Source: a virus (Duplodnaviria > Heunggongvirae > Uroviricota > Caudoviricetes). Taken from it: a stretch of 38,533 nt of DNA. The notes under the pieces were generated by a model that worked only from the letters and a program-made list of their open reading frames with translations, ran no database searches and was not told where the DNA came from. Below, piece after piece: positions 9,878 to 19,224 of this stretch. A program made the position numbers and the translations under genes. The number at the start of each line of letters is the position of its first letter. Position 1 is the stretch's first letter. Where the stretch lies: IMG/VR virus record IMGVR_UViG_2721755643_000003, positions 1 through 38,533 of that record. One strand, 5' to 3'.

Positions 9878-10205
9878 AGCGCATCCCCTGGCTTAACTGA
9901 CCAAAATCGTAGGTATCGGCGGTAACAAGGAGCTGGCCGCGTTGCTCTTCGTCAATAAATACGGAGCCGGGAATGAGGCGTTCATCCTCCTCCAGGAGTA
10001 TCACCATTTGCGTGAACAGGTCGGCCCTGAGTGTGGGGCTGTTCTCCGCAATCAGACGACAGGGCAGACCACTTTCAATCAGGGCGTGAATCATGTCCTG
10101 AGCAATACTCTGGCGGTTGTCACACAAGACCGGCTCACTGGCGGAGTTGAACGTAAGATCGCCGTCAGTAATGAGCAGGTCGATATAAAGTGATTTCGTA
10201 CTCAT
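9867..10205 (-). CDS. Small baseplate protein (gpW/gp25-like, putative)
   Basis: 112 aa; immediately precedes J-like gene and follows tape measure; assignment by size and position only. Confidence 0.4.
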   Translation of the reverse strand: MSTKSLYIDLLITDGDLTFNSASEPVLCDNRQSIAQDMIHALIESGLPCRLIAENSPTLRADLFTQMVILLEEDERLIPGSVFIDEEQRGQLLVTADTYDFGQLSQGMRYAE

Positions 10206-10208
10206 TTG

Positions 10209-12290
10209 TCACCCCGCTGCCAGTTCGCTGTATTCCGCCAGTTGTCCCGGTGTCGCCAGGGTGTCAACGTGCAGTGTGATATCCTGCTTAACGTTGTTAT
10301 TGGTGACTTTGTCGCCCCGGTTGTTGCTTATCTGGTGACTTACCGGCCCGCCCTGGATGGCGGCGCTACGGTTGCCAGTGATAAGCTCCGGGGCGGGTGT
10401 CGGTGCGACGGTCTGTTGTGCGGTGCTGATATTGACACCGGGGATTTTGTTGAGCTTCTCTGCTATCCAGTTCCATGTCCCGGTAAAGGCGCTCTTAATG
10501 GAATCCCATATGCCGTCAAAGAGCTTGCCAATTCCAGCTGTGATATTGCCGAATGTGTCGGCCAGCGAGAAATTTTTAAACCAGTTCGTCAGATTGTCCC
10601 ATCCGGCTTTAATGCTGTTCCATGCATCATCAAACCAGCCCACCACAGCGTTAATGACTTTTAGCAGGGCACTGAAAGCTTCCGTGTCCATGATGGCGGC
10701 TTTAATACTGTCCCAGTATTTGATAGCCAGACAGATCCCTACGGCAAGTGCGGCAATGGCGAGAATAATCAGGGTTATGGGACTTATCAGGAGTTGAAGC
10801 GCACCGCCTGCGAATGCCGTCGCCACGCCCCACAGGCGCATTGCAACCGCGCCCGCACGTAACACTACGTTCCAGGCTACGATCGCTGCTTTACAGATCC
10901 CTGCCCAAAGAGCGACCAGCTTTGACCACACCCAGACGGCTTTTTCCTGAATCCATAGCCCCATCAGGCCAAGACGGGTTGAAAGCAGGGAGGGGCGTAA
11001 TAAATCCAGGGTGAAGATTAGTCCTTTCCATGCGCCTTTCAGCACGCCAGCAATTCCGCTGAGCCCGGTCATGATAAAGCCGAAGGCCCCCATCGTGATA
11101 CTGGCAAGCGCCCCTGCTGCGGCAAAGGCGAGGGTCATTGCAGTGATATATCCCAGCCAGCGGGCAATATTGGGGAACGTATCCAGCCATTTCATGAAGG
11201 CTTTCCCGCCGGTGATGATTTTTTGCAGGAACGGGGCAAAGACGGGATCGAGCCGCAGACCAATGCTGACGCGAACCTGCTCCAGTAAAGAATTAACCTG
11301 ATCCCACGGGTCAACCATCTTTTTCGCCATTTCGATGGCTTTATCCATGCCTTTGATGTTACCTAATGTATTGATGTTCCGTTTCAGCCCGTCAACATCT
11401 CCGGCCAGTAGTTTAATCATGGACACCGCTTCATCGCTGCCAAAGGCTTTTTTCAGCAGGTCTGCATCTGCCACTTTTGACAGATCGCCAAACTTTCCTT
11501 TAATCAGGTCGATGATACCGGTAATGCTTCTGGCACTGCCGTCCCGGTTGGTAAAGTTCAGCCCCAGCACTTTTTGCGCATTCCCAATCCCCGCCAGGAA
11601 TGATTTATATTTGGTTCCCGCCTCGCTGCCTGACATGGTGGACTGGAGCTGTCCCAGTACGGCGAACTGTTCAGCGGCAGATACCTTCATTGCCTGCGCG
11701 TTGGCACCCAGCGCAGTAAAGGCAGCAGACATTTCATTACCGGTAGTTTTGAACACCTGAACGGCGGTTGCGGTCTGCCCGGCAATTTGTTCAACCCACT
11801 GCGTGCGCCCCATCTTCTCTGCGGTATTTTTAAAAACACCGTACATGGTGCCCATATAGTTAGTAATGGTGGCCGTGTCTGATTTGGTGGCTTTGGCGAG
11901 AATGGCGGATGCTTCAGTAAATTTTGGCAGTTCGTCACCCTGAAGTCCTGCGATGGCGGACTGGATATCGTAGGCGCTGCGGACGAAATTGCTGGCGCTT
12001 TCGCCGTAGTTAATGGCAAACGTCTGTGAAGTTTTACGCAGCTGATCGAGTGTTTTATTTGCCACATCCAGCGAGCTGACTTCGGCCAGCGCGGCTTCCA
12101 TGTCGCGGGCGGGGTTGACCAGTCCTTTTATTCCCTGAGCAGCCCCCCATAACCCGGCCACACCAAAACCGAGACGTTTAAAGTCGGCTGTTGCCTTGTC
12201 AGCAAATCCGGTCACAGCCGATTGCGCCTGTTTTAAGGGTCTCGTCAGCTTATCAACCAGACTTAGCGTAAAATCAAGTTCAGCAGCCAT
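10209..12290 (-). CDS. Tail tape measure protein
   Basis: 693 aa, Ala/Gly-rich with long hydrophobic segments in the C-terminal half; directly follows the chaperone frameshift pair; start ATG overlaps the stop of the frameshift extension. Confidence 0.8.
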   Translation of the reverse strand: MAAELDFTLSLVDKLTRPLKQAQSAVTGFADKATADFKRLGFGVAGLWGAAQGIKGLVNPARDMEAALAEVSSLDVANKTLDQLRKTSQTFAINYGESASNFVRSAYDIQSAIAGLQGDELPKFTEASAILAKATKSDTATITNYMGTMYGVFKNTAEKMGRTQWVEQIAGQTATAVQVFKTTGNEMSAAFTALGANAQAMKVSAAEQFAVLGQLQSTMSGSEAGTKYKSFLAGIGNAQKVLGLNFTNRDGSARSITGIIDLIKGKFGDLSKVADADLLKKAFGSDEAVSMIKLLAGDVDGLKRNINTLGNIKGMDKAIEMAKKMVDPWDQVNSLLEQVRVSIGLRLDPVFAPFLQKIITGGKAFMKWLDTFPNIARWLGYITAMTLAFAAAGALASITMGAFGFIMTGLSGIAGVLKGAWKGLIFTLDLLRPSLLSTRLGLMGLWIQEKAVWVWSKLVALWAGICKAAIVAWNVVLRAGAVAMRLWGVATAFAGGALQLLISPITLIILAIAALAVGICLAIKYWDSIKAAIMDTEAFSALLKVINAVVGWFDDAWNSIKAGWDNLTNWFKNFSLADTFGNITAGIGKLFDGIWDSIKSAFTGTWNWIAEKLNKIPGVNISTAQQTVAPTPAPELITGNRSAAIQGGPVSHQISNNRGDKVTNNNVKQDITLHVDTLATPGQLAEYSELAAG

Positions 12291-12487
12291 TACCCACCTT
12301 TAAATGCTCTCGCAATGCCGTTATTGACGGCAATACTCATGTTTTCGAAATAACGGTTGTCCAGCCAGACCGCAGCGGCAATGTCTTCCGGTGTGTCCTC
12401 GCCATCCGGTAGCCAGTGGCGGCGTAATACCAGATATTGCGCGTAGCCGTTGCGCTCAATGCCGGACAGTGCCGCCTTTATTTTTTT
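12290..12487 (-). other. -1 programmed frameshift extension of the tail assembly chaperone (E' analogue)
   Basis: The chaperone ORF ends ...GTA AAA AAA TAA; a slippery A7 run (+ strand T7 at 12481-12487) sits just before the stop; the -1 frame is open for about 62 codons to a TAA that overlaps the tape measure ATG. Confidence 0.65.
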
Positions 12488-12777
12488 ACGGTGATATCCA
12501 GATTGACGGCAAAATCTTCATTGAGTTTTGCTGCCATCTGAAGGGCTGCTCCCGGGCGGTGAATGAGCTTCTCCAGTTTCTCTTTGTCTTCCGGGTGTAC
12601 ACAGCGCATCAGGTAGTTTTTGGCTGGCGCCACCTTGTTATCCATCGTTATTTCATTCACGAACTTGTTGTAGACAGCTTCGGTCGGGGCGAAGCGAATG
12701 TCCTCGCCTGCGACGGTCAGGGTGATGATGGTGGTATTTTCGTCTTTCATGCTATTTTCCCCGGTGAGTGGTGCCAT
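12478..12777 (-). CDS. Tail assembly chaperone (gpE / lambda G analogue)
   Basis: 99 aa immediately upstream of tape measure; ends in slippery poly-A; canonical position for the G/GT or E/E+E' pair. Confidence 0.6.
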   Translation of the reverse strand: MAPLTGENSMKDENTTIITLTVAGEDIRFAPTEAVYNKFVNEITMDNKVAPAKNYLMRCVHPEDKEKLEKLIHRPGAALQMAAKLNEDFAVNLDITVKK

Positions 12778-12780
12778 TTT

Positions 12781-13245
12781 TTAATGACATTGTTCAGTAA
12801 TGTACTGTTGCAGGCCGTTCACTTGTGCAACGACGGCTTTCGCTTCGGCTCTGAGATGCTGATAATCCCGTTCAGCGTCCGGAGTAAGTCGGGCGGCGGT
12901 TGCATCAGTTGAGCCGGTGGCGGTGGTATCACGCGTGGCGGCGGGCATACAGACGGCGTGGAGCTGCAACCGGCGACGGCCAGAAGCAAGATCGGCGCGT
13001 AACTTTTCGGATTCAGCTTTTGCATTGGCGAGCTCCTTTGTGTATTTCGCATCAAGCGCGGCGTTCTGGCGCTGACGCAGTGTCATGTCGTCAATGGTCT
13101 GCTGTCGGGTGTCGGCAAGATTTACGGCTTTCTGGCGGGCTTTTTCTGCCCTGGTGAAGCGGTTGTGCCAGTAGTCAGCTGTGAAGCCGAGCACGGCCAC
13201 GGCGACGACCATGAAGACGATAAAGGCGAGTGTTGCGCGTTTCAT
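12781..13245 (-). CDS. Rz-like i-spanin (lysis protein)
   Basis: 154 aa with N-terminal TM (MKRATLAFIVFMVVAVAVLG) and Ala/Arg/Glu-rich coiled-coil-like remainder; follows the endolysin; contains an embedded lipoprotein ORF. Confidence 0.7.
   Translation of the reverse strand: MKRATLAFIVFMVVAVAVLGFTADYWHNRFTRAEKARQKAVNLADTRQQTIDDMTLRQRQNAALDAKYTKELANAKAESEKLRADLASGRRRLQLHAVCMPAATRDTTATGSTDATAARLTPDAERDYQHLRAEAKAVVAQVNGLQQYITEQCH
12819..13025 (-). CDS. Rz1-like o-spanin (outer-membrane lipoprotein) embedded in Rz, +1 frame
   Basis: Within track ORF 12819..13055; from the internal Met: MQKLNPKSYAPILLLAVAGCSST with lipobox LAVAGC, then Pro-rich stretch; embedded architecture as in lambda Rz/Rz1. 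Confidence 0.6.
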   Translation of the reverse strand: MQKLNPKSYAPILLLAVAGCSSTPSVCPPPRVIPPPPAQLMQPPPDLLRTLNGIISISEPKRKPSLHK

Positions 13246-13251
13246 GTGGCC

Positions 13252-13695
13252 TTACCTCTGTCCCAGAAACATTGCCCGCTCACGTCCGCGACGCGGGGCC
13301 AGAATTGTCGGGTTACTGCCTGCGCGGCTCCATTTCAGGAAAGCATCAGCGGCGGCGGTGTAGTTGCCGGCGTTTAACTGACGGCGAACGGTGGAACCGA
13401 TAAAAGCGTCAGCGCCGATATTGAAAATCAGGCTACACAACGCGTCATACTGACTCTGGTTCAGCGGAACTGTTACCCGTTCAGCGATGCAGTGCTCCAC
13501 CCATGACAGATCGTCGCGTAGCAGTCTGTCGGCGGTGTCCTGGGTGATGGTCATGCCTTTGTGAACTGCGACACCATCAACCTTTCCTGTGTGACCTGTA
13601 CCAATGGTCCATACGCCGCGCGGATCGGGGTAAGCGGTCAGTTTGCAGTTTTCTTCGCGTTTAAGTGCGGCCAGCCCGTTGTCTGAAATTTTCAT
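13252..13695 (-). CDS. Endolysin (phage lysozyme/muramidase, GH24-like)
   Basis: 147 aa; N-terminal LKREENCKLTAYPDPRGVWTIGTGHT matches the T4-lysozyme-type E...D...T catalytic region; 4-nt overlap with the holin. Confidence 0.85.
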   Translation of the reverse strand: MKISDNGLAALKREENCKLTAYPDPRGVWTIGTGHTGKVDGVAVHKGMTITQDTADRLLRDDLSWVEHCIAERVTVPLNQSQYDALCSLIFNIGADAFIGSTVRRQLNAGNYTAAADAFLKWSRAGSNPTILAPRRGRERAMFLGQR

Positions 13696-14030
13696 TCGTC
13701 ACTTTTCCCTGCAAATTTCTTTGTGATGAACACACCCAGTGCCCGGATATGTTCAACACCAATAAGGCCAATTGCGGCACCGATACCGACGCGCCAGTCT
13801 TCGGTCAGCCATGCGACGGGGACCGGCTTAATGAGGGTGAATGCCGCCACGGCCAGCAGGCAACACAACGGCACCTCAAGCAAAAGACGACGCCAGCTGC
13901 GGCCTGTGTAAAACACTCTGAGTGCTGCAATGACGGCAGTCATCAGCAGACTGTCAAGAGGGATATCACCACGTAACCAGTCTTTGATTATCGCCAGCCA
14001 GTCGCTCCAGTTGTGGGGGGTGCTTTGCAT
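13692..14030 (-). CDS. Holin (putative)
   Basis: 112 aa with 2-3 predicted TM segments and charged C-terminus; immediately upstream of and overlapping the endolysin start. Confidence 0.6.
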   Translation of the reverse strand: MQSTPHNWSDWLAIIKDWLRGDIPLDSLLMTAVIAALRVFYTGRSWRRLLLEVPLCCLLAVAAFTLIKPVPVAWLTEDWRVGIGAAIGLIGVEHIRALGVFITKKFAGKSDE

Positions 14031-14038
14031 TGTCTTTC

Positions 14039-14500
14039 CTATTGGTTCATGATGTCCCGAACATCGGTGGCGCTGAGAACCGGAACACCGTCAATTTTGA
14101 CGAACTCCGGCGAAGTCACCATAAATTTGATTTTATGGCTTATGTTGTCACCGCCCTTGCTGTCGATATTCAGCAGGTTACTGATCAGCAGTTTGCAACC
14201 AAAGGCTTCCACCCTGAGTTCTGTCTTTGCTGCACGGGCAAAGAAGAGAAAGTCGGCTTCTTCGATGTCGCGCCAGCTCCCTGCTTCACGCGCGGCTTCA
14301 CCAAGAAGCTGGAAGTTAACGGTATCCAGTTCAATTTCACCGCCGGCTTCCACGTCGCCGCGTACCCAGCCATCAGGTACACCGCGCTCCTGAATGGCTT
14401 TGGTGTTGTCGGTAATATCAAGGGTGGCGGTTTTTACGTGAACGATGCGGCCATTAAATGACGTGTCAAAGCTCATACCACTGATGCGTTCGGTGTTCAT
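14039..14500 (-). CDS. Tail tube protein (putative)
   Basis: 153 aa directly after the putative sheath gene and upstream of chaperone/tape measure; size and position typical; no motif verified. Confidence 0.5.
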   Translation of the reverse strand: MNTERISGMSFDTSFNGRIVHVKTATLDITDNTKAIQERGVPDGWVRGDVEAGGEIELDTVNFQLLGEAAREAGSWRDIEEADFLFFARAAKTELRVEAFGCKLLISNLLNIDSKGGDNISHKIKFMVTSPEFVKIDGVPVLSATDVRDIMNQ

Positions 14501-14503
14501 GGG

Positions 14504-15628
14504 TTACTCTCCGCTTTCGTCCAGCATGATGCTGATGGTGATTTCTTTCGGGCAGTTATACGGGCGAACCACGATCGCAATCTGCACTTTGTCTTTTTCC
14601 GGCCATGAGATTTTTACGTCGCCGTCGTGCGGTGACATGCAAAGGCCAGGGAATACCGTGCCGTTGATTTTCAGGCTCTTTGCGCCGTCGCGCATGGGCT
14701 TCGCGAAAAGCTGTTGGTGCGCGGCCACACTTGCCGGGGTGGAGTTCAGTGAGCGATTGGCGATTTTTGGGATAGCCAGCAAACGCACCTGACGGGCCAT
14801 TTCATCGGCAACGCGCAGATATTCGATAGCCTGATAATCGCCACCGTCCACATCGAGCGTGACGCCGTCGGCCCAGTAGTAACCTTCGTAGTCGGGATAC
14901 CACGTTGGTACGCTGAAACGCGCCCTGTTCAGGGCCCTGATGGTGGCAATGTCCAGTTCGCGCTTGTCGCTGTCCTGCGGTTTATCGTTGCGGCCCATAT
15001 TGACCAGTGCGCCGGTTGCAACACGGGCGGGGGAATCAGCAATCGTCACTGATGGATTGCAAAGGCGACCGGCCAGTATCCCCGGTTCATTGCCGAACAG
15101 CATCGGGGTAAGCTGCACCGCGTAAGCGGCAATGCCTTTCTGTAGTCCGGTCATGACGGTGACGTATTCTGACCACTTCTCGCCTGTTCCGCAGCCGCGA
15201 ACAGCCAGGATAAACCATGTCCAGCGCTGGAAGGTGTTATTGAGTTCGCTGCGCAGTTGCTGCGCTTTGTCGATATCGTTACCTGAGGCGTTAGCGCGAA
15301 CAACGACAACGCCTTCCACCGAGAGGGTGGCCTGTGCATCCATAACCACATCAGCCCACGTTCGGGTCTGACCAGAAGGCTGGGGTGTCTGCACGGTTGC
15401 CAGCCAGATCATGGCATTTTGTCCGGCATTATCCAGAAACGCCTGCACGTTACTGCGTAACAATGAATCCTTTGTTCCTAACAGCGAGTCAAGATCGGTT
15501 TGTGCTGTAACCGGTGTCGGGAGAATGGCTTTTGTATGCTCGCCCACCATCAGCAGGGTGCAGGCGATCCCACGCTTGCTTCCGCTGTGGGTGTTGAGCT
15601 GATTAATTGTGACCTGTGGAAACGTCAT
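14504..15628 (-). CDS. Tail sheath protein (putative)
   Basis: 374 aa; first large gene of the tail block, followed by a tube-sized gene; positional and size inference. Confidence 0.5.
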   Translation of the reverse strand: MTFPQVTINQLNTHSGSKRGIACTLLMVGEHTKAILPTPVTAQTDLDSLLGTKDSLLRSNVQAFLDNAGQNAMIWLATVQTPQPSGQTRTWADVVMDAQATLSVEGVVVVRANASGNDIDKAQQLRSELNNTFQRWTWFILAVRGCGTGEKWSEYVTVMTGLQKGIAAYAVQLTPMLFGNEPGILAGRLCNPSVTIADSPARVATGALVNMGRNDKPQDSDKRELDIATIRALNRARFSVPTWYPDYEGYYWADGVTLDVDGGDYQAIEYLRVADEMARQVRLLAIPKIANRSLNSTPASVAAHQQLFAKPMRDGAKSLKINGTVFPGLCMSPHDGDVKISWPEKDKVQIAIVVRPYNCPKEITISIMLDESGE

Positions 15629-15631
15629 GGG

Positions 15632-16360
15632 TTATTTCCTCTTAATGTCCTGCGGCTTTGTCTGCCAGCCATAATTGATGCCCTGCAACTGGCGGGACAG
15701 TATCCGTGCAAATTCCTCGTTACTGACACCAAGGAACTGACGGGGTGGGATGGTTATCGTCCAGCAGCTTTTGGATGGTATGCCTTCCATGCTGCGGATA
15801 ATCACGCCTGCCTGCCCTTTCGTGAGCGACGTCCGGATATCTGCCGTTGATGGTTTGCGGCGCGTCCCCCTTTTTTTGCCGCTCACCGTATAGCCCAGCT
15901 TGCGCAGCTTTATCGCCTGACGGCGGGAGCAGGGTTCCTTGCTGGCTTTTTCCATCGCGTCGGTTTTCAGCTGCGATGCGTTCACTGTGAACGTAACGCC
16001 ATGGCTCTGGATATATCCCACTGCACCCACGCTGATTTCCCTGTGGTTGTGGGGCTGGCGATAGCTCCTGCCTGCTGCGTATATACGCACCGATTTCGCT
16101 GATGGCATGTCGTGCACTTTCAGAAATTTAGGGAGCCCCTTCAGCAGCGGTCTGTTGCCATAGCGGCGTTCTGCAAAACTGCTGCCATCAACATTCTTTT
16201 GTTCGCGAACATGGCGCTTTGCGGCCGGAATAACGCCGCGTTTTGCGATACGCTGCAGCAGACGCTGTTGTTTTGCCGGGGGGAGCTCACCGTTGGCCAG
16301 CATTGTCTGCAGCTGCTTAAGCTGTGTCCGGTTAAGTTCGCCGTGCAGGGAGATGTCCAT
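15632..16360 (-). CDS. Virion morphogenesis / tail completion protein (gpS-like, putative)
   Basis: 242 aa between head completion and sheath genes, where P2 has R and S; basic C-terminus. Confidence 0.4.
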   Translation of the reverse strand: MDISLHGELNRTQLKQLQTMLANGELPPAKQQRLLQRIAKRGVIPAAKRHVREQKNVDGSSFAERRYGNRPLLKGLPKFLKVHDMPSAKSVRIYAAGRSYRQPHNHREISVGAVGYIQSHGVTFTVNASQLKTDAMEKASKEPCSRRQAIKLRKLGYTVSGKKRGTRRKPSTADIRTSLTKGQAGVIIRSMEGIPSKSCWTITIPPRQFLGVSNEEFARILSRQLQGINYGWQTKPQDIKRK

Positions 16361-16363
16361 TGT

Positions 16364-16843
16364 TTATTTCCCTGCCCTGATGGTGGATACAGTGATATTT
16401 TCTGCCACCCAGATCTCTGGCTTATCCAGCCGGTAACGGATGCCGCCCATCATGATAAAACCGGCCTCGTCCGGGATCAGAATGATGGGGTCAGCGAGCG
16501 GCATACTGACAGTCACTTCTGCAATGTTGTCGTCCGTGGGTTCGATGTTGACATCCGGCGCATCAAGCTCAAGCTGGCTGTAGTAGTCATTAGCCTGTTC
16601 GTCCCGCCAGACAAGCAGGGCGCATAACAGCAAATCAGGGTCAACCTGACGCCATGGCCAGCGCTGCCAGTCGAACACGGCGTTGTACTGGCGAATACCC
16701 ATTCTTATCTGTCCAAGCCCCATGTCTTTCTCTGCGGGCAAAAGACGAATATCACTCATCCACGAATCAAAGCCGGTATTGTCAAACACGGAAATGTCAA
16801 ACACCTGCCGCAGATATGCATAAAGGCTGTCGAACTGGCTCAT
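16364..16843 (-). CDS. Tail completion protein (gpR-like, putative)
   Basis: 159 aa; segment LLLCALLVWRDEQAND resembles the remembered P2 gpR LLIVPVLAWLRENQPD; follows L with a 4-nt overlap. Confidence 0.45.
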   Translation of the reverse strand: MSQFDSLYAYLRQVFDISVFDNTGFDSWMSDIRLLPAEKDMGLGQIRMGIRQYNAVFDWQRWPWRQVDPDLLLCALLVWRDEQANDYYSQLELDAPDVNIEPTDDNIAEVTVSMPLADPIILIPDEAGFIMMGGIRYRLDKPEIWVAENITVSTIRAGK

Positions 16844-17310
16844 AAGATGTACACTCCCACACGGCCTGCGCCCTGGATAGCACGCAGCACAAAGGCCGCT
16901 TCAGCAAGCAGGGTTTCGCGGGTGTCATTACTGTCGATATTGCTGTCGGCGTGGCGGGTGTTCACCGCCGTAAACTCACCGAGAAGATCGGCTTTGGCGC
17001 GGGCAAAGACCGCTTTTTTGTACTGTGCGCAAAGGGCGCTTTCGCCGTTAAGTTGCGGGCCTTCCACGTCCGCCGCCTGCGCTATTCCCTGCACTACGTA
17101 GCGGGATTTCACACCGGTCAGTGCGGTGTTCACCTCAAAGACGGCAGACAATAACGCCTGTTCTGCCAGTGATGCAGGGATATCCAGTGGGATAGTTCGG
17201 CTTCTGCGAAAATCAGCCATGACCAGATCCGGCCAGAAGCCATCATTTTTAAGCATGCCTGTAGCAGTGTCTGTGTTCTGGTCTGTGCTGTAGCCTGGTT
17301 TCAGGTTCAT
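16840..17310 (-). CDS. Head completion/stabilisation protein (P2 gpL-like)
   Basis: Track ORF 16840..17511 trimmed to the Met at 17310 (MNLKPGY...); C-terminal ...AAFVLRAIQGAGRV resembles the P2 gpL end; an alternative start at 17379 is possible. Confidence 0.55.
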   Translation of the reverse strand: MNLKPGYSTDQNTDTATGMLKNDGFWPDLVMADFRRSRTIPLDIPASLAEQALLSAVFEVNTALTGVKSRYVVQGIAQAADVEGPQLNGESALCAQYKKAVFARAKADLLGEFTAVNTRHADSNIDSNDTRETLLAEAAFVLRAIQGAGRVGVYIL

Positions 17311-17414
17311 GACTGATTCTCTGTGTAGGTCAGGTCGGGCGAACGGTTCCGTGGCATGACTGACGCTTGTGCGTGTCATCCTCACCGTGCCCGCCTGAAG
17401 CCGTGGGGCTTTCG

Positions 17415-18116
17415 TTATACCGCCCGTAATGCGCGCAGACGGGCGGCTATTTTGTTTTGTATGGCGCGAACACCTGCTTTGGGGGTGGTGCTGTGCGCAC
17501 GGGCCATCCACTCATCGGCGCTACGTAGTTTCGCCACGTCGTAAATGGCGGCCGGGGTTGTCGGTTTGCCATCGCTGTCCCGTAACAGGTTAAGACCGGC
17601 GAATTTGTACCATCTGGCAACTATATCTTCGTGCAGTGTCCAGTCTTTTTCGATATGGCTCATCACGCGGCTGAAATAGGGCTCGACGGAAAGGCCTTTA
17701 TCAAACTGAATCTGTGCCCACTGCATGACCTCATCGGCAACGAACGTTGGCAAATCACGGTCAAAGCGTGGTGGCATGGGTTGATTCTGCCCGATGGCGA
17801 TATCGGCCCATTCCAGGGCTTTGTCCATTTCGCCGGTATCAAACAGCCAGACGATGCACCAGGTAAACGGGATGTATTTGTACTCCTCGCCGCTTTGCAG
17901 CCACGCCTCAATCGTCGGCATCCAGCGCGGCAGCAGGGATTCACGCTTGAATGCCACACGATCGGCGTTGGTGGCGCAACTGCTCACAGCCCTGCAGTCG
18001 ATTTCCAGTTGCGCCAGTTGCAGATGAAGACTGTCGCGTACGGTCAGTGCCTCGTGGCGTTCCATCGCCTGCTGCGCGGCCAGTCTGGCTCTGAACTTTT
18101 GCGCCGGAGTCTGCAT
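17415..18116 (-). CDS. Terminase small (endonuclease) subunit, P2 gpM-like
   Basis: 233 aa between capsid and head-completion genes, in the P2 order O-N-M-L. Confidence 0.6.
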   Translation of the reverse strand: MQTPAQKFRARLAAQQAMERHEALTVRDSLHLQLAQLEIDCRAVSSCATNADRVAFKRESLLPRWMPTIEAWLQSGEEYKYIPFTWCIVWLFDTGEMDKALEWADIAIGQNQPMPPRFDRDLPTFVADEVMQWAQIQFDKGLSVEPYFSRVMSHIEKDWTLHEDIVARWYKFAGLNLLRDSDGKPTTPAAIYDVAKLRSADEWMARAHSTTPKAGVRAIQNKIAARLRALRAV

Positions 18117-18127
18117 ACGTCAGACCG

Positions 18128-19177
18128 TTATGCTACCTGGTTTGGTTTCGCATGTTCAGGTGATGGCAGTCCCGCCAGTTCAATGTTGTCAAATGAACCG
18201 TAGAGTGCGTCATATTCCACGGCGCAACCCTGCATACGCAGCCAGTTGTTTTCGAAGCGTTTGCGGTCATCAATCCATTCAGCACGGCGTTGCTGTGTTC
18301 CGCGCTGGAAGTACATATGCAGATTCCAGAGCGTGGTGACAACCAGGCGGTTATCCGGCATAAATGGCGGACTGAATGACTTGCGTCCGGCGATCTCACG
18401 GTTGATAAGCTGGGCGGCGACTTTTTCTGTCGGGCGGTCGATGCGGTTCAGCATACTGACCGTATCTGCTGCGATAATGTTCTGTGATACCAGTACAACC
18501 AGATCCGGGTGTTGACGGAATTCGGGTGGAATGCAGGTATTAATTACATCGGCGGCAATAGCATCAACAGACGTAAAATCAGCCCCGGTTCCTGTACGGT
18601 TCAATACGACCTTGTCAGTAATGATCTGTTTTGGTGTGCGCGCTTTAACAATCTGATGCCATCCCGGGTGAATATCTTCCCCGTTCGGGCAGGTATCAGG
18701 ATTGGTTTCATCTGCGGCATGCGTACCGTTCAGTGCCACGCGTAACAGGTCGTTGGTGACTGACTTGTAAAAGAACGCCTGAAGACGGTTATAGAACTCG
18801 TTTTCGGTGCCTGCGTTTGCCCAGTTGGTCAGGGTGGTGTAGTCCAGGAATGAACCGGAATCCACTTCGTAAAGCTTGTACTCGTTGCCTTCACTCCCCA
18901 GCGCTTTATTGAAGCGTCCGTCTTTCTTGCGCCCGGTATACAGCCCCGGAATTCCGGTACTGACTACCTGGCCGACAAGCTGTTCGACCAGCATGACGGT
19001 GATCTTGCCCATGAACGGGTCGGCATTCTCAATCAGGGCATCGCGTAGCAGGGTTTCACGTGGTGGGCTGATGGTAAAAAACTGTTGTGCTGTAAATACG
19101 CCATTGGCTTTTGCCATCGAAATGGCGTAATTACGCAAAAACTTTTGCGCCTGTGGTGATAACATCTGTGCGGCCAT
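18128..19177 (-). CDS. Major capsid protein (P2 gpN-like)
   Basis: 349 aa after the scaffold gene; C-terminal region resembles the remembered P2 gpN; GGAG ribosome-binding site upstream. Confidence 0.8.
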   Translation of the reverse strand: MAAQMLSPQAQKFLRNYAISMAKANGVFTAQQFFTISPPRETLLRDALIENADPFMGKITVMLVEQLVGQVVSTGIPGLYTGRKKDGRFNKALGSEGNEYKLYEVDSGSFLDYTTLTNWANAGTENEFYNRLQAFFYKSVTNDLLRVALNGTHAADETNPDTCPNGEDIHPGWHQIVKARTPKQIITDKVVLNRTGTGADFTSVDAIAADVINTCIPPEFRQHPDLVVLVSQNIIAADTVSMLNRIDRPTEKVAAQLINREIAGRKSFSPPFMPDNRLVVTTLWNLHMYFQRGTQQRRAEWIDDRKRFENNWLRMQGCAVEYDALYGSFDNIELAGLPSPEHAKPNQVA

Positions 19178-19224
19178 TGGTTTTTCTCCGGTTGGTCCTT
19201 TTGTCTGTTTTTCTCAACGACCGC

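Noticed and set aside
10206-10664. + strand ORFs of 150-170 aa antisense to tape measure and other tail/head genes (also 12391..12912, 16112..16627, 17631..18203, 9434..9925)
   Set aside because: They lie entirely inside long, well-supported - strand genes, have no ribosome-binding site or recognisable features, and are typical shadow ORFs of GC-rich coding DNA.
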